Positions 55,601 to 64,000 of a stretch of 64,000 nt of DNA are shown here, in pieces. Every line of letters starts with the position of its first letter. Within the stretch, counting starts at the first letter, position 1. The translations under genes and the position numbers were made by a program. The notes below the pieces were generated by a model. The model saw only the letters and a program-made list of their open reading frames with translations. It was not told where the DNA came from and searched no databases. The DNA comes from Balanoglossus misakiensis (Eukaryota > Animalia > Hemichordata). Where the stretch lies: NCBI GenBank assembly GCA_040954595.2, contig CM082579.2:1749908-1813907 (forward strand), read 5' to 3'.

Positions 55601-58600
55601 TCTTGTAAGCCGCCTCCACTCTCATTCCCATTCTCCACGTCTTGCATTTCAATATCCTCCGGTGATGACAGATGGTGGCTGGGAACATCCTCGTCTTCTT
55701 TGCTGGATCCACTGCTATCACCCATGGGTTGCATTATAGGTTGACTGGGTTCTGCTTCCATCTCCATTTGCTGAATGCTTGCATCAACTGACATATCTAA
55801 GTCTGGTTCTGGTGATACATTGTTGAATCTTCTTCTTTTAGATGCCAGCGAATAGTCACCCAATACCTCTGGTGTAACCATGGCAGCACTGAAAGATCTC
55901 TCATGTTCTCTTGGCTTGTCTTGCTGTTCACTTTCTACATCAAAGCTCTCATCTCCCCCAAAAAGATCTGGTGTGACAGACGGAATTCTCATGTGGGATT
56001 TTTGGTTTCTTGAAAGGGGAGTCTCGTAGGACACGGTGGCTTTCTCAGCATCCCTGACACTAGGGCTGCCATCATGCTTAGTGTCCACGACAGCACTGGA
56101 AGGTGACTCAGCCAATGGTGATGAAGGTATCTCCCTTTCACCGCTTGAGTCTGTTCCTTGACATGGATCACCACTATTCTGGATCTCGCCACCATTTCCC
56201 GGACTTCTATCCTCAGTCTCTCCATCTGGACTTCTCTGAACATCAACTGGACTCTCCATGTCCATGACCTTTGACACATCACTGTTGCTCTCACTGCTTT
56301 GCCCACTTTCATTCAAACATCTTTCACTACCACCACTACTCTGACCGCTTTCTTCTTTCCTTTCAGCTCTTTGACCCCCTGAACTTTGACCTTCCACCTG
56401 TGGCTCAATTTTCCTCTGTGTGCTGGTCGCTCTCTGAGTGCTCATATACTCGTACACACCATCGAGTTCTTTCTCAAATTCCTCACTGTCATTTGGGTTC
56501 TCGCTCCTCGGTGAATTATTTCTTGATCTTTTCCCAGAACTGCTGTCTTCTCCCCACAGTGAGTCCAGCAGTTCATCCACATCTTTCTCTGTGAATTCCT
56601 CTTCTTCTTCTTCTGTCGTCTGCTCTGCAGGGCTTTCCTTTTCTTCTTCACGACCCCATCCACCCACATTGGATTTTTCATCCAAAATCTCATGGCACCT
56701 CTTCTGCAGATCTTTGATTTCAAATCTAACAGAGAAAAACAAGAATTAAGTGTCACAGTATCGGTGCATGGTCTCCCTGGCTTTCTGGTCTATAGGAATA
56801 AGTTATGCCAAACATAATCTGTGCCACTATTTGAATTAAACAAAATACTTGCCTCTCAGCCAGCTGCAACACTGAACCCAGACAAGGAACTGGTATGTCA
56901 ATTTCAGCAGAGTAGATGAACTTTACAACAATCATCGCCTCATCAAAGGAAACATCTTCCCAATGTAGACTGATCTTGCCTTTGTGAACTTTGGTTTCAC
57001 TAATAATCTGAAAATAAGAAAACTAGGGGTTTTGCAAGATCCATAGCAACTTTATAGTGTCCGTAATTTCAGAAGGAAATCGCAAAAGTAGGAATTTCAG
57101 AGGTGCAGAGCAGTTAAAGTATCTGACTCAAATACCTTAGCAAGGTACTTGCATCGCGATCCCAGCATAAAAGAGTGACCGTGGATCTTCTGGTTTTCAT
57201 CAACATGGATGATGACATCACTGTATTGTGGGTTGTTTACCATGCTGGATAAATCTCTCACCAATTCTTGCTGGTACTGCAGTTTGTGAGAAAATCAAAA
57301 TGAACGGCTTGCCACAACATATAACACGAACAAAGGCCCAACTATTAAAATACAGTCATGATTTGCTGCAAGAAGGTTCTGATATATGGAAATCACAGAA
57401 GTATGCTTTTACTGTGTGAAACCTTCATACTTACAGATGACTGGCTAGGAACTCTAGCCTTTGACTGTTGCGTAGTTGATGGTTTTGATGGTGATGGGGT
57501 GAGACCACCTTCTCTGACTAGTTCAGCCAATATTTGACATGTTTCACCAAATTCCTGTGTGCTGAATTTATTGCCAGGGCTCTGGTGGAATGAAATGACA
57601 ATCTGGGGTTTGAATTTCGTTAATATCACCTGCTAGAACTCAAAATAAACAACCCTAAGTAAAAATGTAAACATATACAACAACAGAATACATGGATGAA
57701 CTTCAAAACAATCCCATATTTCCTAAACTATTGCTGCTAAGACAGAACTTTACCTTTACTGGTGTTTTCAGTTTTTCCGGGTTCAACCTGACGAGGGATA
57801 TCACAGGTTGCAGGTTTTGTACATAAAACTCTTCATGTTTGCTTTTCTTGGGATCGCACTTTCCCGCTATTGACCAAAGCTGTCCATTATTCTGAGGATG
57901 AAAAATGACATCAGTTTTCTTTTAATTATACAGGCAATAACTGATCAGATAAACAGGCCCATATTCAGTCACTAAAGTACATTATAGACTGGAACTTCTG
58001 CTCATTGGTGCTCACCATCCATCCATCCATCTATCCATCCATCATCAACATTGAGAACACATGCTGAAAGAAAAACCTTTAGAATTTCACCTTTTGTCCT
58101 CGGCTTTTCTTTGCTAAGTTGCTGCTCTTCATGGGTGGGGTACTAACAACTTGATGCATCTCAAATTCACTCTGTTGAAAAGATAATGTATTGAATTTTA
58201 TTTCGTGATTCAACTTTTGTAAGATGAAAACTGATGCAGTCTTGCCTGGGTGTATTATACAGATGTTCTTTTCTGAAGCTGTGATCTATCTTTTTGTGTG
58301 ACAACGTGATGGTCAGTGAATGATGGAGTGAACCCTGCTTACTTCAGACAATATGCATGACATTCTCTCCTCCAGGCCTCTCTGGACTTCTTCGTGACTT
58401 TTCTGCAAAAGTGTTGGTACTGTTTGAGCTCTAAAAAGTGATGGGAAAAGAGAAGACAATTTGTATTTCGAATCCGAGCATTAAATATAAGTGAATACAT
58501 GAATATAATAGTCTAATTTGCTTTTTCTCTTCAAACGACACTCACTTGTTTTTGGCACCTCTTCTGCCTCTCCTTGGTTTATTTCCAAGTTCCTGTTCTT

Positions 58601-61115
58601 GGTTCTTCAAAGATAATGACATCGCCTTTGCTAGTGCCAATTGCTCAGCATGTACACTGTAAGACAGTTATTGGACAAAATATATGAAAGGAGTTCTGTG
58701 ATTGAACACTGAGAAAGCTACATCCATTGAGGCAAGAATATTTGAAAATCGCAGTGAAACCTAAGATGCCTTTAAAATGCAAATAAATATTTCATAAAAC
58801 TTGGCTTACGTTTCTGGCGGCTTCAGTTTTCTTGGTTTCTTTGTCTTTTGTTCAGTTTGTTGACTGTAATTAAACCACAGAAAATCATACTGTCAATTGC
58901 ACCAAACCATTTCACCACAAACACACTCCACCTACTTCAAACATGTTGTTGCTAATATGATGAATGAATGATGACTGACAAACTACGTCACGAGAAGCAC
59001 TGTACACAACTTACAGCAGAGTTGCTTGTTTTGCTTCAACAGATGTTGTGGCCGCTGCAGCTGTCTGCTTTTGTTGTTTCATCATATCCATCAGTTGAAT
59101 GGTTGATACTTTGTTCTTCAAAGCACATTTCTTGATGTGGAACTGTGGACCCTTTTTGGGGATGAAAGATGGATATCAAAGACTGCCACTGAAGCATATG
59201 TGTGTCTTAGAGTGGATATCCCAGCAGGCATTATTGCACATGCTAATATAATCCTGCGCAAATGTCGGGCAGACAACAAGGCACAGGTTGACCTGGCTGG
59301 AAAGGTTTAATGCATGTATGTGTGTATGTATGAACAATTGAAGCTTACCTTGAGTGCTTTGATATTCTTTTTACACACAGGGCAGACTACACCAGACGCT
59401 TGAGCAGTGGGGTCTTCCACAACAGCAACTGAATTACTTGGTCTTGTGGCATTTTTCTGAGTGGCAGCATTAGGTATGCCTTCACCAGTTTGGTTGATAT
59501 CTATACACCTATTGACATGCACCTCTCTTCTTTCCATTATCATGTGTGTGAGATCTTTGTTGCAGAACTGACAAGTCACCTGATCTGTTGATGCTGATGC
59601 ACACATTGCAGTGGGACTAAGAGGGACAGCTGGACAAGGCTTTGTCTCATCTTTGGTTTCCTCTGCCACACCTTTGTCACAGATACTCAGGTCTATGCAC
59701 CGGTTTATATGCTGTGTCTTTCTTTCCACTGACAGGTGAGTCAAATCTCTCTTGCAAAACTGGCAGATTACAGAATCTGTCGGAAGCGATGTTGAGGTGG
59801 ATGGCAAAATCTGACTGGTTGAATCCTCGCTCCTTGTCGCAGTGTGAACTGCAGCAGATGTCTTAGATCCTGCAGCATGGACTTCTTGTGTTGGTGAACT
59901 AGTATTTGAATCAATGCATCTGTTTATGTGTTGTGTCTTTTCATCCAAGGTCAAGTGGGTCAAATCTGTGTTGCAAAACTGGCAGACAACATTGTCTGTT
60001 GGAGTTGAAGTCGCATTGGCTGTGGCATTATTGTCAGTTGCAGGGCGGATCTTTTTATCCCCCACTTCTTGACTAGGCATGCTCAAATCAATGCACCTAT
60101 TCATGTGCTGCATTTTCCTCTCTTCTGTCACATGAGTTAAGTCTTTCTGGCAAAACTGGCATATGTATTTTTCTGTTTCATCTTCACCAGATTCACCAAC
60201 TGTTTTGGCGTTCTTCTGGTTTCTGTCTCGAGGGTCACCACATGCGCCTTCATCGCCCTTATTGATGCTCTGGTCAGCACATTTGGTGATGTGCTGTTTT
60301 CTTTTGTAAGCTGTCATCTGTGTCAAATCTTTCAGACAGTTCTGGCAAGTTTTCCTGCCAGGGGACACAGTAGAAGCAATCCCACCACCTTCTTGAAGTC
60401 TTCTTGCAAGTTCTGCATCTTTCCTCTCTTGCATCTCCTCCTCTAGTTTCTCTTCCAGGAGAATTCTCTGTGCCAATTCTTCATCAGTTTCTTGTGCACT
60501 TCCATCACCCTTACCTGTTTTCCTTTTCTTAATCTTCGGCTCAGATGGAAGAGACTTCATGGACTTCATGGAATATTTATCTTTCAGGCACACTACCACA
60601 TGGGCTTGCTTCTCCTTTGCAGATTCAAATTTGGATCCACAAGTAGGACAGATTTGGCTTTTGTCACTGCGGTCTTTGCTGGCATCATGCTGGGCAGTCT
60701 CTGTCCGTTTCCTCAGTACAGCCCCTTTCTCTCTCCTTAACTTTGGTCTCCCTGGTCCCTTTGGTCTCCCTCGTCCCCTCCCTCTAGTGACATCATCTTT
60801 GAAATCTTCCCGATCTCCTGGACTTAAAAATATCTCTCTGAGCTGTGTTTGATGGGTTCCTCTTTTGGCCCTCCTAAGGACCCTCTTTGCACAAATTTCT
60901 GCAGAACTAGGGGTGCCCTTTCTGGAATCTCTATTCAGCTCCTTAGGGATACCATCACCACGATCCAAAGCACCCAGTTTACCATGACCATCACCCCGAA
61001 GCCTTTCTTGACTAAGATAGTTTTCTACATCTTTCACTTGGTAAGATTTCTCTGGGCTGATGATCATGGGAAGCTTGTTTAACACAATCTGAGCTTTCTT
61101 AGTTTCTTGGCTCAT
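52606..61115 (-). CDS. SLX4: SLX4 (FANCP/BTBD12) structure-specific endonuclease scaffold, multi-exon; may extend N-terminally through exon 62087-61998
   Basis: Domain order matches SLX4: UBZ4 fingers; MLR-like segments (EQLALAKAMSLS; LWSIAG...EEFYV); BTB (LVRDLSSMVNNPQYSDV...HGHSFMLGSRC); acidic disordered region with SIM-like motifs; SAP (PITPMPDYQDMATPVLK|GELNKFGVRAVPRRKAVTLLKSIYDYTH); and C-terminal SLX1-binding domain (FDLAEL..ELKESGI...KLMNVLDEQ|CITF). Stop TAG at 52608-52606. Confidence 0.95.
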
Positions 61116-61198
61116 GCTGTTCTACAAAAATATTTCCATTAAAAAATATACACCTGCAGATTCTATTGGCTAAGCTTTAATTGGTTTCAACATGGTCT

Positions 61199-61543
61199 TT
61201 ACTGGTCCCCACTTTTCTTGGCATCCAGTTTCTTCTTCCTTTCTTCATTTGCTCTCTGAACACCTTCTCGAAATTCCTGTTTCTTTTCCCTGAACTCTAT
61301 AGACTGCTGCTGGCGAATATCTTCAACTTCTGGCCAAAAATAATGCCTGAAAGAAAGGACGTAATCATTATGGATGTATTTAGCATTTCATCAAACTCTC
61401 ATTCTCTCCACACAAAATCATTATTTCTGCAATGAGAGAATTTTAAAAACACACCTGTAGTTGAACGCTGCCACAAAGCCAGTGAGTATAGTTCCAAATA
61501 TGATGGGAAACCTCCAACGTTGAAAGTTTGAAAGCAACGTCAT
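61199..61543 (-). CDS. Putative 78-aa single-pass membrane microprotein (coding exons 61543-61455 and 61346-61199)
   Basis: MTLLSNFQRWRFPIIFGTILTGFVAAFNYR|HYFWPEVEDIRQQQSIEFREKKQEFREGVQRANEERKKKLDAKKSGDQ*. Canonical 108-nt GT-AG intron in matching phase, A at -3 of the ATG, one hydrophobic helix plus a charged coiled-coil tail, and ATTAAA (61181-61176) followed by a GT/T-rich tract. Absent from the ORF track because it is spliced. Confidence 0.68.
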
Positions 61544-61779
61544 ATTTGCTTGTTACATGTAGTGAAATCTCCCGGCTCTGAAATGCAGGAAAAACTGGTT
61601 GAATGTTTCTTCCAGCAAAAATGTCTATGAAGTTATGTACTTTGTAAAAGTTGGTGACAGACTGGGATCTGGTGTATGTGTTTGCTAGTTTGTTTACTTG
61701 TATGAGTATGAGTATGAGGATTGGGATGTGTGTACATGCATGTATCTGTCAGTCAACATCAGTCTTGCTCAGCTGCAGT

Positions 61780-61920
61780 GCAAGTCCGTAGCCCTACCAC
61801 TTCTACTGTAGGTTGTGGTTCAAGGGATCGTGATCGTGCCCCCCCCCCCCCCCCGGCCCCGCCCTCCCTTCCCCAACCCCACAACCTACAATCGGTGAAG
61901 TAGTAGGACTACGGACTCGC
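61780..61920. repeat. About 40-bp imperfect inverted repeat around a C-rich spacer (MITE-like or hairpin)
   Basis: Left arm gcaagtccgtagccctaccacttctactgtaggttgtgg (61780-61818). Reverse complement of the right arm (61879-61920) is gcgagtccgtagtcctactacttcaccgattgtaggttgtgg. Confidence 0.8.
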
Positions 61921-61997
61921 AGCAGCCTCAGTCCACGGTCGGACTTTTCATCGATCATGCTCTTAAATCAAGAATAGGAACAAGAAATCACGCTTAC

Positions 61998-62087
61998 CTC
62001 GCACACGCTTCCCAAGCAGAAAAGCTGATCATTTGACCATAACCTTTCTCTGACCTTTGCACTTTGTCCCCTATACAATGGCGCCAT
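61998..62087 (-). other. Putative shared first exon of the SLX4/microprotein locus
   Basis: Strong GAG|GTAAGC donor at 61998/61997 next to the CpG-rich promoter. ATG at 62087 opens 30 codons that join SLX4 in frame if spliced to the acceptor at 61122/61121 (...SVCE|NSMSQETKK). Confidence 0.55.
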
Positions 62088-62160
62088 GTGCGACGAAACG
62101 AGGAGAGTAATATTTACGTCTCCGCCCCTTGGCAACCCTTGGCAACAGTTAAATCACATG
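62070..62160. promoter_or_regulatory. Bidirectional promoter region between SLX4 and the FAM47-like gene
   Basis: Head-to-head genes about 0.3 kb apart. Palindrome ATGGCGCCAT (62078-62087) is YY1-like on both strands; GC box CCGCCC (62122-62127); tandem CCCTTGGCAA x2 (62126-62145) carries RFX X-box half-sites GGCAAC. Confidence 0.6.
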
Positions 62161-62394
62161 GAAGCTGAAATAGATATCAATCCGCAAAAATATATCGGTT
62201 GTATCGAAACAAAAAATGCTCACATAAGATAAATTGTTGCTTTAGTTAAATTGTAGCACGCTGGAACTAAGATGATTAGTATTACAAACAAATTTGGTCA
62301 CTGTGTTTAATTTTTTTGTATCGGCACTTATCAACACGCGGAGGGTTCCAAGAACGTCTAGGCTGTGAAAGAGCTGTTGGTAAACTTATCCAAA

Positions 62395-63899
62395 ATGGCG
62401 CAGAACAAGTACGATCTCCTCCTTGTTCAGACCAAAACAGACAAGAAGATAAGAAATCAGCCATGGTAAGGAGACAGATATATAGTTTTTGCCAGTGAAC
62501 TCGTAGCTTTATCAGGCGAAAGTGAGAAGTATTGTTCACTGTCACCGAGTGTATCAGTTCATCGTCCCATCCTTCTGTAGTTCTCTGCTCCCAACCCCAC
62601 TCCATCCCACAGGTTGCAGGAGGTGTGGAGAAACAGTCCTCGTGCGACTGAGTGGAGATAGGTTGTCCAAATAATACTATACCAAATGTTTATGTTCACG
62701 AAAGACCATATATTATTGGAGACGTAATGTATGTAATGACTTAAAATCTCTAAAACAAGCGCTAAGCTTTTTGTTTGTCATTCCCACTCCTTGTTGAGTG
62801 TCCTTTGGTGCTGCCTACCAAATCAAGGAGAATCAAAGACAAAATGGGGAATTGTGAAAGTGCTTGCCACTCACGAATTTCATTGTTTTTGCTTGTCTCG
62901 CATGTTTTAGGTATAAGGAAAGACTCCAACTCAAATATCTAAAATCCAGGAATCCAACAGATGCATCCAAAACTGTAATAGGTTCCCAGTGGACATTTTT
63001 GAAATCTGGGCTAGATGATTTCAGAGATGGATTACCACCACCTGTTGAAGGGAGTATCTTTATCAAGGTGAGGGTGAAAAAATCAAATCCGGAATCAAAC
63101 TTCAGATAATGAACATGATGTGTATTTCTGCACTAGACGTATGAACATTTACTACTCTGTTAAGGCCTACATTACATGTAGACAAAGTAATTACAGTGAA
63201 ATCGATTTTCTTCATCTTCTCCTGTACAGGGTACTAAAGGCCCAGAACCAAATGTGACAGGGGACTCAGACAAAAGGAATCCAAAGCAGACTGTTAACAA
63301 TAACAGATTTACAAAAGAACAAATAGTATATTCTAAATCATTACCACTACATCAAATGAGGAGGGATCATATTGATGAAATGGAATATGGGTTAACACAG
63401 CATCCATTGGCTCTGTATCCTCATCTTGAAGAATGCATGCCACCTGATGTAAGTAAAAAATAATGATCGCAAGGGTGAACATCTCCATTTGTCTCAGATT
63501 TCAGACCATCATTTTTTTCTTAAAAGTCACAGACAGCAACACCAATTGGTCAGCCTACTGTCTGGAGGACCACTAGAAGTTGAAATGGTTTGGCCACAGC
63601 TATAAAACTTTGTTGTATAGATACTCAGGGAAGCTTCCCAAAATGAACATTGTATATGTAGAATACCACATGTATTGTAGTATCTTTTCTGTATGTTGAC
63701 ATCAGTTATTGTTTTGCAAATAGGTGTTTGAGGATGTGGTGGATATTCTTGATCCTGAAATGAACTTAGGCAGTGAAGCAGATGATGAGGACTTTGATGA
63801 GTTTGAAGACTCATTTCCTGAAGAAACCACTTCCCCAAAACAGCAGACACAAGATTCTTCACAAGATAAAGACACAGAATCATCAGACCAAGGGCTAGA
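62395..63899 (+). CDS. FAM47E: FAM47 (FAM47E-like) family protein; exons 62395-62465, 62911-63067, 63230-63448, 63724-63899; continues off the right edge
   Basis: Spliced product MAQNKYDLLL...QPW|YKERL..KYLK...WTFLKSGLDDFRDGLPPP...|...RFTKEQIVYSK...HPLALYPHLEECMPPD|VFEDVVDILDPE contains FAM47 family motifs; introns are canonical and in consistent phase. Confidence 0.85.
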
Positions 63900-64000
63900 G
63901 TAAGCCACTACTAATTATTGAATCGTAACTGGGCTCACAATGAGCAACGATCTGGCATTAAATCCGTGATAAAGTCATGACTAAAATATACACAATCTTG

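Noticed and set aside
61122-61153. Apparent GT...AG mini-intron joining the microprotein exon to SLX4
   Set aside because: Only 32 nt, much shorter than the other introns here; better explained as a poly(A) downstream element plus the SLX4 acceptor
1-64000. CRISPR arrays, prokaryotic defence systems or intact autonomous transposons
   Set aside because: The sequence is eukaryotic with spliceosomal introns; no repeat-spacer array, transposase or reverse-transcriptase ORF was seen

Overview
Intron-rich animal genomic DNA with small GT-AG introns. It is probably a marine invertebrate deuterostome such as an echinoderm or hemichordate, but that is inferred from gene content and sequence style only. 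The window contains, in order: the first coding exon of a THSD1-like gene (-); about 21 kb with no recognisable coding sequence; a 3-exon TRIM E3 ligase that unusually ends in a MIB/HERC2 domain (-); a single-coding-exon class A peptide-receptor-like GPCR (-); a tandem pair of sialin/SLC17-like transporters (-) interleaved with three near-identical tRNA-Ser genes; an SLX4/FANCP orthologue (-) with an expanded ubiquitin-binding array; and a head-to-head FAM47-like gene (+). The most striking item is missing from the ORF track: a spliced 78-aa single-pass membrane microprotein gene with its own poly(A) signal, lying between the putative first exon and the main coding exon of SLX4. One promoter may therefore yield either the microprotein or SLX4. 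All exon models were read by eye and need transcript confirmation.
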